From IMG/VR virus record IMGVR_UViG_3300034106_001935: a stretch of DNA of 64,000 bases; one strand, 5' to 3'. Shown piece by piece: positions 1 to 10,078 of this stretch (positions within the stretch are counted from its first letter, which is position 1; the number at the start of each line of letters is the position of its first letter). A program made the position numbers and the translations under genes. This stretch comes from an uncultured virus (IMG/VR IMGVR_UViG_3300034106_001935). Its lineage: Duplodnaviria; Heunggongvirae; Uroviricota; Caudoviricetes. Under the pieces are notes generated by a model. It was not told the DNA's origin and made no database searches. It saw only the letters and a program-made list of their open reading frames with translations.

Positions 1-1322
1 ATACAAGTTTATTGACATTACAAAACGCCACATTCGTAGATAACAGCACCAACAACTTCACGATCACTGCCAACGGCAACAGCCAGCCCACTCAGTTCAA
101 CCCATTTGGCTGGACTAGTACCACTGGCAGTAATGCAGCCTACAGTGTCGCAAATTACGGTGGCAGCATGTATTTTGATGGCACTGGTGACTTTTTATTA
201 ACGCCAAGCGACCCAGCATTTACCCTAGGATCTTCGGGCGACTTTACCATTGAATGCTGGTTTTACTTATCATCAAGTCCTTCAAATTATGCTCCCTTGG
301 CAACAACCTGGACTGATGCTGCGTCCAGTGGTGGGTATAATAACCGTTGGGCATTGGCATTCTTTAACAGTAGATTATCCTGGTTTACTTCTGCTGGAAG
401 TATTAATGTTCAAGACCCAACAAACATCGTGTTAAATCAATGGACTCATGTGGCAATCATGAAAAGTGGATCAACATTCATTATGTACAAAAACGGAGTA
501 CTAGTTGGTTCAAACACAACTACAGATCAAAACTATACAACTCAAGGAGCATTGCGAGTAGGTTCTGTGCCCAGCGGTGGCAGCATTAACGGATACATAA
601 CAAATCTTCGTATACTAAGAGGACAAGCACTGTATACCAGTAACTTCGCCCCACCAGTAGCACCATTGTCATTCAATGCAAACGCCGTTTTACAAGTCAA
701 CGGCACCAGTGCAGCCATCTACGATAGTGCCATGATCACAACATACGAAACACTGGGCAATTCTAGTACTACTGGGGTAATCAAGAAGTACGGAAATAGC
801 AGTTTATCGTTTGATGGCACCGGAGATTATTTGAGTTTGTCAAATAATTTTGCACCATTCTTGAATTGGTATTCAGGTAACTTTACTTTAGAATATTGGA
901 TTTATGCGAATGCGTTCACCCAGGGCGGCAATAACGAAAGCGTAGTAATCGGAAACATGAATCCAACTACTTCTAGTAATTATTGGTCATTTGGTCCTAT
1001 CACAGGCGGAACAGTACGGTTCTATTACTGGAGGGGATCACAACAATCGTTCACAACTACCACTGCTTTGGCAACAGGACAGTGGTATCATTTGGCTTTT
1101 GTTAACAATGGGGGAGCATTAGCTATTTACATTAACGGAGTTTCATCAGCTACTGCATCTATAGTAGGATCACCGGTATCAGGCACAGACATACCCTTTA
1201 CTATCGGTTCCACTAATAACGCAGCTTTAAATGGTTATTTAGATGATGTGCGTATTACCCGAGGCGTGGCCCGTTATACTGCAAACTTCACACCACCCAC
1301 TAGCCCAGTAATACAATTCTAA
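1..1322 (+). CDS. LamG/concanavalin A-like repeat fibre/adhesin protein (5' truncated by window)
   Basis: Two LamG-type units (YFDGTGD..FTIECW..W.H.A..Y.NG..GYI.NLRI); paralogous to the C-terminus of the next gene; reading frame open to the left edge. Confidence 0.8.
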   Translation, partial: TSLLTLQNATFVDNSTNNFTITANGNSQPTQFNPFGWTSTTGSNAAYSVANYGGSMYFDGTGDFLLTPSDPAFTLGSSGDFTIECWFYLSSSPSNYAPLATTWTDAASSGGYNNRWALAFFNSRLSWFTSAGSINVQDPTNIVLNQWTHVAIMKSGSTFIMYKNGVLVGSNTTTDQNYTTQGALRVGSVPSGGSINGYITNLRILRGQALYTSNFAPPVAPLSFNANAVLQVNGTSAAIYDSAMITTYETLGNSSTTGVIKKYGNSSLSFDGTGDYLSLSNNFAPFLNWYSGNFTLEYWIYANAFTQGGNNESVVIGNMNPTTSSNYWSFGPITGGTVRFYYWRGSQQSFTTTTALATGQWYHLAFVNNGGALAIYINGVSSATASIVGSPVSGTDIPFTIGSTNNAALNGYLDDVRITRGVARYTANFTPPTSPVIQF

Positions 1323-1334
1323 AACATTTTTCAG

Positions 1335-1360
1335 ATAAATACTCACATATTGTGAGTATT
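1335..1360 (+). promoter_or_regulatory. T4-type late promoter (ATAAATA) overlapping a 10-bp hairpin
   Basis: ATAAATA 1335-1341; AATACTCACA-TAT-TGTGAGTATT 1338-1360. Confidence 0.6.
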
Positions 1361-1367
1361 ACTGCTT

Positions 1368-4300
1368 ATGCCAACCTATATTGACCTTACCAACCTTAGC
1401 CCTGCGACTATCACAGCACTGAGTTCAACTGCCCCCACTATCACGCAAGTTCAGATTACAACCAGTGGTTATGTTGTCAAAGACGATACTGCTGTAAGCA
1501 CTAGTGGTGGATATATTAAAATTACCGGAACTAACTTTACTGCTGGAACTCAGGTGGTCATAGGCAGTGTGACAGCAACCAGTGTTACTTTTGTAAACAG
1601 CACAACCTTAAATGTGCAAGTACCCGCACAAGCAGCCGGAACATATATTGTGTATGTTACTGTGAGCAATGGTGGCGTAGCAATATTAGTAAACGGTTTA
1701 ACATACAGTGGTGATCCCACATGGGTCACTGGCAGCACACTCACTGGTGGCCAAGTGGATAGTGCAATTAGCATACAGTTCAGTGCTACGGGAGATGCCC
1801 CGGTGACTTATGCATTACAGGCGGGTAGTACATTACCTCCCGGACTAAGTTTATCTAGCGGTGGGTTGTTGAGTGGCACAGTTACTGGTATTACTAGCGA
1901 AACCACCTACAATTTTACTGTTGAAGCCATAGACGGCCAAGCGCAAGAAAGTCCCCGAGCATTTAGTATTACTATCGCTGCTGGCGATGCTAACTTTGAA
2001 TATGTAACCACATTGTTGAGTGCTAGTAATCCATCCAGCACATTCGTTAGTGATGCCAGCACAAACAATTTTGCTGTTAGTGTGATTGGTGATACAAGAC
2101 CAAATAACTTTGGTCCATATACGCCCGGATATTACAGTAATTATTTTACATCTACTAATGCCCTTACTGTTCCTGACAATGCAGCCTGGAATTTGGATAC
2201 TGACATAACTGTTGAAGCATTCTGTTATCTAGAATCATATAACACAAGTGATCAATATTACATTGTGTCACAAGTGGCCACCGGGCAACGGGCATGGGGC
2301 TTTAGTTTGGCAAACGGAAAACTACAAGTTTACTACACGACCAATGGAAGCACAGACGCATTTATATATTCAAACTCATTTACTGTAACAGCGGGACAAT
2401 GGTATCATTTTGCCTTTACACGTACTGGTGCTGGTGTCTATACATTTTATGTGAATGGTGTCGCCACTGGGTCAACCACGGACGCAGCCTCAATCTTTGC
2501 ATCAAATCAACCCTTGACTATTGGTCAATTTGGTAACTTTGGTATATCAACACTGGGCTGGAAGGGATTTATAAGCAATCTCAGATATGTCCGTGGTACA
2601 ATTGTATACACTGGAAACTTTACCCCAAGTACAACTCCGCTTACAACCATCACAAATACACAATTGCTCACATGCCAGAGCAATAGATTCATTGACAATA
2701 GCACAAATAATTTCACCGTAACGGTCAGCGGTAGTGTATCAATAAGTGGTTTTGATCCATTCATACCTCTCAGTGCCTACAGCACTTATGGTTCGGGATA
2801 TTTTGATGGCACTGGTGATTATCTTTCACTGGCCAGTAATACAGCATTTGCAGCACCGGCGGATTTCACGGTTGAGTTCTGGGCATACACCTCGAGTCTG
2901 GCCAGCAATCCAGTTTTCTATTTGATAAACGCAACCAACGGCTTGATTGTTTATGTTACTGGCAGTAAGGTTGTAATTAGAAGTTATGGTGTTGCCGATT
3001 TATTGACTTCTAACATCAATATGCCATTGAATCAATGGGTACATATTGCAGCATCAAGAAGCGGAACTACTATGTCACTCTGGATCAATGGTTCTCGCAC
3101 AGACGGCGGTACTGTTACTAATAGTACAAGTTTTGCTCAAGGTGAGCTTCGCATAGGCAATAATGAAACGGTCGCACAGGGTGTTACTGGCTACATATCA
3201 AATGTAAGATTTGTAAAGGGCACAGCAGTATATAACCCTACGCAAACCACTATAACTGTGCCCACAGCACCATTAACCGCAGTTGCAAACACACAACTAC
3301 TAACACTACAAAACAATCAGCCCAACAACAATAATATGTTTTTGGATAGTAGTGCCAGTAACTTTTTAATTACTAGAAATGGTAATACAACACAGGGCAG
3401 TTTTACGCCCTATGGTGGTGGCTGGAGCAATTATTTTGATGGCACTGGAGATTATTTAACAATGCCTTACAGTGCATCTACAGTCCAGTGGTGGGACACA
3501 GATTACACTATTGAAATGTGGATTTTCAATAGAGTAAACGCCCAGAGTGCTACTAATAGTTTGCCATTACAAGTTGCATATGGTTTACCAACTAGTGCAG
3601 ATACATACTGGAGTTTTGGTACAAATTCATCGGGTAACTTATATTTTTATTACTATAATGGTGCTGGAGTAACTAACGCAGTCAGTACTTCTACTGTTGC
3701 TTTGAACACCTGGACTCATGTTGCCATGGTTTACACTAATTCAAATTCCACCCTTAAGGGTTACATTAACGGGGTTCAAGCATTTTCAGTATCAAAATCT
3801 GGTACCCCACAGGGGCCCTCGGGTTCTACCTTAAATTTAGGTTCGGTGCAAAATACTGGATACAATGGTTATATTTCAAATTTACGCATAGTAAGAGGTA
3901 CAGCAGTATATACCGCAGCGTTCACGCCACCCACAGCACCTCTCACACCAATCGCTAACACCAGCCTACTAACTTGTGCTGATAATAGATTCATAGATGA
4001 CAGTGGTAACAACTTTACTATAACAAGAAACGGTGATGTTAGCGTACAACGCTTCAACCCCTTCAACCCAGTGTTGACTACTCCCACAAGTTATAGTGGT
4101 TACTTTGATGGCACTGGGGATTATTTGACAGCGCCAAATAATGCTGCCACTACACTAAATGCAGACTTTACTATTGAGTTTTGGGTTTACCGTTCTGCAA
4201 GCGGCAACAACTTTTTCTTTACTCTTGGAGATTCTTTTACTTCTACGGGGATTGAAGTTTATATAGGTAGTACAGGATCTGCACTAATAGTGTATTCCAA

Positions 4301-5897
4301 TGGAGCTAACCGTATCAGTAGTGCAACATTACCTGCAGTTGGAACTTGGTCACATGTTGCTGTGGTTCGGGCAGGAACAACAGTGACTCTCTATTTAAAC
4401 GGAGCTTCACTGGGTACTTGGACTTCATCGGCTACATTTTCGGGAACAACGTATATAGGAGCTGAATTTTTCAACGGAAGTGTAACAGGTGTATGTACAG
4501 GATACATATCCAATGTGCGTTTGGTCAAAGGCACAGCAGTTTACACAGCAGCATTCACGCCCCCAACTGCACCACTAACCGCAGTGTCAGGTACAAGTCT
4601 ACTAACATGCCAAAACGCCACATTCGTTGATAATAGCACCAACAACTTCGCCATAACCGTCTTTGGTAACAGCCAGCCCACTCAATTCAACCCATTTGGC
4701 TGGACTAGTACCACTGGTAGCAATGCTACTTACAGTGTGGCAAATTACGGTGGCAGCATGTATTTTGATGGTACTGGGGATTACTTAGTTAGTGTTTTAT
4801 CACCAGTACTTAATCTTACCAATGGTAATTGGACTATAGAGGTTTGGTTATATCCAACCAGTCTAGCAGCCCAAAGTGCGTTTTTTGGTACATTTAACGG
4901 CAATTCCAGAGGATTAAGTCTCATGGTTAACACCAATGGAACTGTACAGTCAGATAATAATGGAGACGGAGCATCCGTTGGAACATCTTCGGGTTCTTCT
5001 GTTGTACGCATAAATCAATGGAACCACGTTGTTGTAACTAGGTCTGATAATACTATCAGTTACTATATAAATGGCGTTGCGTCTGGCAGTTCCGCTACAG
5101 GAACTTATTATGATCAAACAACTCAAAATTTTTATATTGGTAGCACTTTAAATCCTGCAAAGTTTTGGACTGGATACATATCTAATCTAAGATACATTAG
5201 AGGCACAGTTCTTTATACTGCGTCTTTTGCACCACCAGTGGCACCATTACAGCCTATACAAAACACCCTGATATTGGCTAACGGTACCAGTGCAGCCATT
5301 TACGACAGTGCCATGATGGCCACTTACGAAACACTGGGCAATGCTAGTACCACTGGAGTAATCAAGAAATACGGTAATAGCAGTATGTCGTTTGATGGCA
5401 CTGGCGATTACTTGGTCTCACCATTCTCAGTAAATAATAATTTAGGTACTGGAAGTTTTACTTTTGAAGCCTGGTTATACCCAAGTAGCATTGCCGGAAT
5501 ACGCGGTTTTTATGCACTAAGTGGCGGACCTGGTGGTGTGCCCAAATTTGTGATGCACCTTAATGCAGGGACACCCAGTATTCATTATAACGGATTGACA
5601 GGCGGTTCGGATATTTACACAACAGCCACTAGTGCGATCACTGCAAATACCTGGACTCACCTTGCGTTTGTGCGTAACGGAAGCACTTGGACTTGGTATA
5701 TAAACGGGGTGGCATCCGGCACTGGGTCAAATAGCACAAATATTACATTTACCACTCAACCACTCTATGTAGGGTACGGGGGAGAAAGTTATTTCACTGA
5801 ATTCAACGGCTACATAGATGACTTACGAGTAACAAACGGTGTAGCCCGTTATACAGCTAACTTCACACCGCCCACATCACCAGTTATACAGTTTTAA
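1368..5897 (+). CDS. Large virion adhesin/fibre: N-terminal IPT/TIG and putative Ig domains followed by six LamG-like domains
   Basis: ITGTNF..GTQV.IG (IPT), LPPGLSLSSGGLLSGT (Ig-like), repeated FDGTGDYL / W.HxA / GYISNLR motifs. Confidence 0.8.
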   Translation: MPTYIDLTNLSPATITALSSTAPTITQVQITTSGYVVKDDTAVSTSGGYIKITGTNFTAGTQVVIGSVTATSVTFVNSTTLNVQVPAQAAGTYIVYVTVSNGGVAILVNGLTYSGDPTWVTGSTLTGGQVDSAISIQFSATGDAPVTYALQAGSTLPPGLSLSSGGLLSGTVTGITSETTYNFTVEAIDGQAQESPRAFSITIAAGDANFEYVTTLLSASNPSSTFVSDASTNNFAVSVIGDTRPNNFGPYTPGYYSNYFTSTNALTVPDNAAWNLDTDITVEAFCYLESYNTSDQYYIVSQVATGQRAWGFSLANGKLQVYYTTNGSTDAFIYSNSFTVTAGQWYHFAFTRTGAGVYTFYVNGVATGSTTDAASIFASNQPLTIGQFGNFGISTLGWKGFISNLRYVRGTIVYTGNFTPSTTPLTTITNTQLLTCQSNRFIDNSTNNFTVTVSGSVSISGFDPFIPLSAYSTYGSGYFDGTGDYLSLASNTAFAAPADFTVEFWAYTSSLASNPVFYLINATNGLIVYVTGSKVVIRSYGVADLLTSNINMPLNQWVHIAASRSGTTMSLWINGSRTDGGTVTNSTSFAQGELRIGNNETVAQGVTGYISNVRFVKGTAVYNPTQTTITVPTAPLTAVANTQLLTLQNNQPNNNNMFLDSSASNFLITRNGNTTQGSFTPYGGGWSNYFDGTGDYLTMPYSASTVQWWDTDYTIEMWIFNRVNAQSATNSLPLQVAYGLPTSADTYWSFGTNSSGNLYFYYYNGAGVTNAVSTSTVALNTWTHVAMVYTNSNSTLKGYINGVQAFSVSKSGTPQGPSGSTLNLGSVQNTGYNGYISNLRIVRGTAVYTAAFTPPTAPLTPIANTSLLTCADNRFIDDSGNNFTITRNGDVSVQRFNPFNPVLTTPTSYSGYFDGTGDYLTAPNNAATTLNADFTIEFWVYRSASGNNFFFTLGDSFTSTGIEVYIGSTGSALIVYSNGANRISSATLPAVGTWSHVAVVRAGTTVTLYLNGASLGTWTSSATFSGTTYIGAEFFNGSVTGVCTGYISNVRLVKGTAVYTAAFTPPTAPLTAVSGTSLLTCQNATFVDNSTNNFAITVFGNSQPTQFNPFGWTSTTGSNATYSVANYGGSMYFDGTGDYLVSVLSPVLNLTNGNWTIEVWLYPTSLAAQSAFFGTFNGNSRGLSLMVNTNGTVQSDNNGDGASVGTSSGSSVVRINQWNHVVVTRSDNTISYYINGVASGSSATGTYYDQTTQNFYIGSTLNPAKFWTGYISNLRYIRGTVLYTASFAPPVAPLQPIQNTLILANGTSAAIYDSAMMATYETLGNASTTGVIKKYGNSSMSFDGTGDYLVSPFSVNNNLGTGSFTFEAWLYPSSIAGIRGFYALSGGPGGVPKFVMHLNAGTPSIHYNGLTGGSDIYTTATSAITANTWTHLAFVRNGSTWTWYINGVASGTGSNSTNITFTTQPLYVGYGGESYFTEFNGYIDDLRVTNGVARYTANFTPPTSPVIQF

Positions 5898-6043
5898 TTT
5901 TGTGTTTTCCCATTAATGGGATAAATACTATTGACATAGGCACCGAGAATAGTTTAATATTCATATTGTGTATGTTAGTTGATTCATAGGGAATCAGCGA
6001 ATTTATATTAGGCTCAACAAAGACCAACTTAAGGAGAAATATT

Positions 6044-7045
6044 ATGGCCTCATTAGCAGAAATCAGGGCACGAATTGCTGCCCAAGAAAACAAGTCAAAC
6101 AAAGGCGCATCAGGCGCTACATCTGATAACGCAATCTACCCCCACTGGAATATGGATGAAGGTACAATCGCTACTGTGCGATTTTTGCCCGATGCCAACT
6201 CTAGCAACACATTCTTTTGGGTAGAGCGTCAAATCATTAAGCTTCCCTTCAATGGTGTGAAGGGTGATCCAAACATGAAGCAAGTTGTTGTACAAGTTCC
6301 GTGCACGGAGATGTATGGCGACAGTTGCCCAGTTTTGGCAGAAGTTCGTCCTTGGTATAAGGATGAGTCATTGAAAGAAATGGCTAACAAGTATTGGAAG
6401 AAGCGTAGTTATTTGTTCCAGGGTTTCGTTCGTACAAATCCTTTAGGTGATGACAAGGCTCCTGCTAACCCTATTCGCAGGTTCATTATCAGCCCGCAAA
6501 TCTTTACTATCATCAAGTCTAGTTTGATGGATCCTGAAATGGAAGAATTGCCAACTGATTATATGCGCGGTCTTGATTTCAACATTAAGAAGACCAGCAA
6601 AGGTGGTTATGCTGATTACAGTACTTCAAACTGGGCCCGTAAGGAAAGCTCATTGACTGAGGCTGAACAAGCCGCACTTGAAAGTCATGGCTTGTTTAAT
6701 CTTGCTGACTTCTTGCCCAAGAAGCCCACTGAAGCAGAACTTCGTGTTATCAAAGAAATGTTTGAAGCAAGTGTTGATGGTAAGCCTTACGATAATGAGC
6801 GTTGGGGTCAATACTATCGTCCTTATGGACTTGAAGCTCCTGCAGGTTCTACAACGGCTGAACCAACTGCGACTGCTGGAACCAGTGCACCCGTTAAACA
6901 ACCCGTAGCAGAATCTTCTGCTCCTTGGGAAGATGAAGAACCACAAACATCTTCACAACCTGTCAAGGTTCCTAGTGCCCCATCAAGCGATAAAGCACAA
7001 GACATTTTGGCAATGATCCGAGCAAGACAGAATAAGTCTGCTTAA
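6044..7045 (+). CDS. gp32: Single-stranded DNA-binding protein, T4 gp32-like
   Basis: VRFLPD, C..MYGDSCPV zinc-site motif, ADYSTSNW; AAGGAG RBS; upstream of uvsX. Confidence 0.85.
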   Translation: MASLAEIRARIAAQENKSNKGASGATSDNAIYPHWNMDEGTIATVRFLPDANSSNTFFWVERQIIKLPFNGVKGDPNMKQVVVQVPCTEMYGDSCPVLAEVRPWYKDESLKEMANKYWKKRSYLFQGFVRTNPLGDDKAPANPIRRFIISPQIFTIIKSSLMDPEMEELPTDYMRGLDFNIKKTSKGGYADYSTSNWARKESSLTEAEQAALESHGLFNLADFLPKKPTEAELRVIKEMFEASVDGKPYDNERWGQYYRPYGLEAPAGSTTAEPTATAGTSAPVKQPVAESSAPWEDEEPQTSSQPVKVPSAPSSDKAQDILAMIRARQNKSA

Positions 7046-7052
7046 ACGGAAT

Positions 7053-7070
7053 AAGGGGCTTAGGCCCCTT
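7053..7070 (+). terminator. GC hairpin after gp32 (weak terminator or RNA-stabilising stem)
   Basis: AAGGGGC-TTAG-GCCCCTT; short U tail. Confidence 0.5.
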
Positions 7071-7085
7071 CCATAGGAGATAACT

Positions 7086-7322
7086 ATGACATTACCAGAT
7101 GAAAGATTTCGGGCTTTAAAGCAAAGTAAAAAATTACTGGAAGAGTTATGCGATCCTGGTCGTACTCCTAGAGTACCCAGTGTTGTAAGAGATAGGGCAA
7201 GAGGTTGCCTAAGGCATTATCCTAGTGATTTTGAACTAGAACGGATTGCCGATAACTGCCCAGAATACCTTGACAAACTATCATTTACTGATAGACTGTA
7301 TACAAACGGCATTACAAAATAA
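7086..7322 (+). CDS. Hypothetical protein (MTLPDER..LRHYP type)
   Basis: AGGAG RBS, 78-aa ORF in operon. Confidence 0.7.
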   Translation: MTLPDERFRALKQSKKLLEELCDPGRTPRVPSVVRDRARGCLRHYPSDFELERIADNCPEYLDKLSFTDRLYTNGITK

Positions 7323-7331
7323 GGAAATAAA

Positions 7332-7520
7332 ATGAAACTTAATAAACTTGATAAAGTAAGTGATTCCTTTACCATTTATCGTTATGATAATGGTTGGATG
7401 ATTGAAATCAGCGGGCGTGACACAGAAAATGATTGGAAAACTACTAAAATTGTGTGTAACACCGAAGAACAACTGATTGAAATGATTAAAGAATATAACA
7501 TTAAAAAGTTGGATAATTAA
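7332..7520 (+). CDS. Hypothetical protein
   Basis: AAGGA RBS, fills the gap before uvsX. Confidence 0.7.
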   Translation: MKLNKLDKVSDSFTIYRYDNGWMIEISGRDTENDWKTTKIVCNTEEQLIEMIKEYNIKKLDN

Positions 7521-7521
7521 T

Positions 7522-8577
7522 ATGGGAAAGCCATTTGACGTAAGTAAATTTAGAAAGGATATCACCAAGTCTATTGAGGGCTTGAGCATTGGTTTCAATG
7601 ACCCGACAGATTGGGTGAGTACAGGAAATTATGCTCTCAATTACCTCATTAGTGGTGACTTTAATAAAGGCGTACCTCTTGGTAAAGTTACTGTCTTTGC
7701 CGGAGAGTCAGGATCAGGAAAGTCATACATCTGTTCAGGCAACCTCGTCAGACACGCACAACAACAAGGCATCTTTGTTGTCTTGGTTGACTCAGAAAAT
7801 GCCTTGGATGAAGATTGGCTGAAAGCACTCGGTGTAGATACCAGTGAAGATAAACTATTGAAACTCAACATGGCAATGATTGATGATGTTGCCAAGACTA
7901 TTTCAGAGTTTATGAAGAACTACAAGGCACTGCCTGCTGATGATAAGCCTAAAGTTCTTTTCATCATTGACAGTCTAGGTATGCTACTGACACCTACTGA
8001 TGTTAATCAGTTTGAAGCAGGTGACATGAAGGGTGACATGGGTCGTAAGCCTAAGGCATTGACGGCACTTGTTCGCAACTGTGTTAATATGTTTGGCAGT
8101 CACAATGTAGGATTGGTTGCGACTAATCACACATATGCTTCACAAGATATGTTTGATCCTGATGATAAGATTTCAGGTGGTCAAGGCTTTATCTATGCTT
8201 CAAGTATTGTTGTTGCTATGCGTAAACTCAAACTTAAAGAAGATGAAGATGGCAACAAGGTAAGTGAAGTTAGAGGTATTCGTAGTGCTTGTAAGGTTAT
8301 GAAAACTCGCTACGCAAAACCATTTGAAAGTGTTCAAGTTAAGATCCCGTACGACCAAGGTATGAGTCCGTTTTCAGGTCTTACAGATTTGATTGAAGGA
8401 AAAGGATTACTCTCAAAAGAAGGTAATAGTCTGGTATATACCACAAAAGACGGAGAAATCATAAAAAAGTTTCGCAAAGGCTGGGAGCGAAATGACGATA
8501 ATTGTCTGAATATTGTAATGAAAGATATCATGCTTTCACCCAAAGAAACTCCGATGGAATCTCCTGATGAAGAATAA
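7522..8577 (+). CDS. uvsX: RecA-like recombinase UvsX
   Basis: Walker A GESGSGKS, DSENALD, IIDSLG, SGG.GFIYASS, K+R. Confidence 0.92.
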   Translation: MGKPFDVSKFRKDITKSIEGLSIGFNDPTDWVSTGNYALNYLISGDFNKGVPLGKVTVFAGESGSGKSYICSGNLVRHAQQQGIFVVLVDSENALDEDWLKALGVDTSEDKLLKLNMAMIDDVAKTISEFMKNYKALPADDKPKVLFIIDSLGMLLTPTDVNQFEAGDMKGDMGRKPKALTALVRNCVNMFGSHNVGLVATNHTYASQDMFDPDDKISGGQGFIYASSIVVAMRKLKLKEDEDGNKVSEVRGIRSACKVMKTRYAKPFESVQVKIPYDQGMSPFSGLTDLIEGKGLLSKEGNSLVYTTKDGEIIKKFRKGWERNDDNCLNIVMKDIMLSPKETPMESPDEE

Positions 8578-8612
8578 AATATGGATTCATAGCAGTTAGC
8601 ATAAATAATATT

Positions 8613-9374
8613 ATGGAGACTGCTATGTATTACATATACGCCCTAATAGATAATAGAACCAACCTTCCTTTTTATATAGGTAAAGGTAAAACTGAAAATC
8701 AAAGACATTTGGATCACTTCAAGGAAACTATTGACAATACTGATAATCGTCATAAGTTCTTTAAGATTCAATATTTACGAGAACAGGGATACGAGATACC
8801 TATAAGTATTTTGACTGACAATATTATTGATGAAAATGTCGCATATGAGATTGAGGCATCTTATATTAAAAAATACGGGAGAGAAAATATTGATGAAGGC
8901 GGTATATTGACCAACATTTGTTTAGATAAACGACCCCCTTCTCATAAAGGTAAAAAGCAAGCACCTGCTCATTTAGAAAAAAGAATAGAAAGTTATAAAA
9001 ATACTCTATTAGAAAATGGCAGAAAACCCATGACAGCAGAAACAAAAAAGAAAATTGGGTTAGGTGTCACAGGTGAGAAGAACGGGTTTTATAACAAGCA
9101 CCACACAGACGAAAACAAAAAGAAACATTCAGAAAGAATGAAGGGTAACAAAAACAATATAAAAACCTATAGATTTATTTCACCCGATTCAGTTGAATAT
9201 ATAGCTGAGGGGTTTTATAATTTTTGTAACCTACACAATTTAAGTGTGCCTACTATGGAAAAGATTATGAGAAATAAAAAGATACCAGCCCGCGGTTCAT
9301 GTAAAGGATGGTTTGTTGAAAAATATAATTCAAAGATAAGTAATGTATCAACAGAGGAGAACATTACAGAATGA
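8613..9374 (+). CDS. Free-standing GIY-YIG homing endonuclease with NUMOD3-like repeats
   Basis: YIYAL..PFYIGKG..R..H, E...I..YGR, LTN; NGFYNKHHTDENKKKHSE. Confidence 0.8.
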   Translation: METAMYYIYALIDNRTNLPFYIGKGKTENQRHLDHFKETIDNTDNRHKFFKIQYLREQGYEIPISILTDNIIDENVAYEIEASYIKKYGRENIDEGGILTNICLDKRPPSHKGKKQAPAHLEKRIESYKNTLLENGRKPMTAETKKKIGLGVTGEKNGFYNKHHTDENKKKHSERMKGNKNNIKTYRFISPDSVEYIAEGFYNFCNLHNLSVPTMEKIMRNKKIPARGSCKGWFVEKYNSKISNVSTEENITE

Positions 9375-9616
9375 GTTTAGATTTTGTAGCAGAAGTATGG
9401 GATGCATTAAGAGGTCATATTGATATCTCTGAAAGAAAAGATGCCGCTGACACATTGGTTAGCTTTTTAATTGACAACAATTATGAAGCAGATGAAATCA
9501 AAGAATCTTTCCGTGGTGAAAAAGAAATTTTGAACGCACTCAAAGATTATGTCAGTGAACATGAATTAGAAGAAGAATACGAAGAAGATTACGACGACGA
9601 AGATGAAGAATGGTGA
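9371..9616 (+). CDS. Acidic hypothetical protein
   Basis: ATGA overlap with the endonuclease gene, GAGGAG RBS. Confidence 0.7.
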   Translation: MSLDFVAEVWDALRGHIDISERKDAADTLVSFLIDNNYEADEIKESFRGEKEILNALKDYVSEHELEEEYEEDYDDEDEEW

Positions 9617-9619
9617 TGA

Positions 9620-10078
9620 ATGAATTGGTACACTAAAGTCACACAAAATCTTGGTGTGATACCCGATTTTATTACACATTATGAATCAGAATTAATCTCG
9701 GCAAAAAAAGAAGTTTCCATTTATGGCAATGTAGAAAAGAACATTGCCAACCTACCGGGTGTTACTGAGCATAGATTTAACCAGCTTCAAGAAATTGAGG
9801 CTGTGTTAAATTACCTCAACATACAACTTAGGAAAATTCGCCGAAAGCATTTTCAAAAATATTTAGAAGCGTATAATAGAGCATTGACTAGCCGTGATGC
9901 TGAAAAGTATGTTGATGGTGAGGATGAAGTCATTGACTTTGAAACCATTATCAATGAAGTAGCACTACTACGCAATCGTTGGTTAGGCATTATGAAGGGT
10001 CTTGAAGCCAAACAATGGCAGATGGGACACATTGTAAGATTACGAACAGCCGGTATGGAGGACATTACAATTGGCTAA
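9620..10078 (+). CDS. uvsY: Recombination mediator UvsY-like
   Basis: Helical 152 aa, DAEKYVDGEDEV..IMKGLEAKQWQM..R..G; follows uvsX. Confidence 0.8.
   Translation: MNWYTKVTQNLGVIPDFITHYESELISAKKEVSIYGNVEKNIANLPGVTEHRFNQLQEIEAVLNYLNIQLRKIRRKHFQKYLEAYNRALTSRDAEKYVDGEDEVIDFETIINEVALLRNRWLGIMKGLEAKQWQMGHIVRLRTAGMEDITIG

Noticed and set aside
1..5897. Diversity-generating retroelement TR/VR pair
   Set aside because: Differences between copies are not adenine-specific, both copies are coding, and no reverse transcriptase is in the window
8578..9374. Group I intron in uvsX
   Set aside because: uvsX has a normal stop, flanks are too short for a ribozyme core, and no recognisable P7 elements
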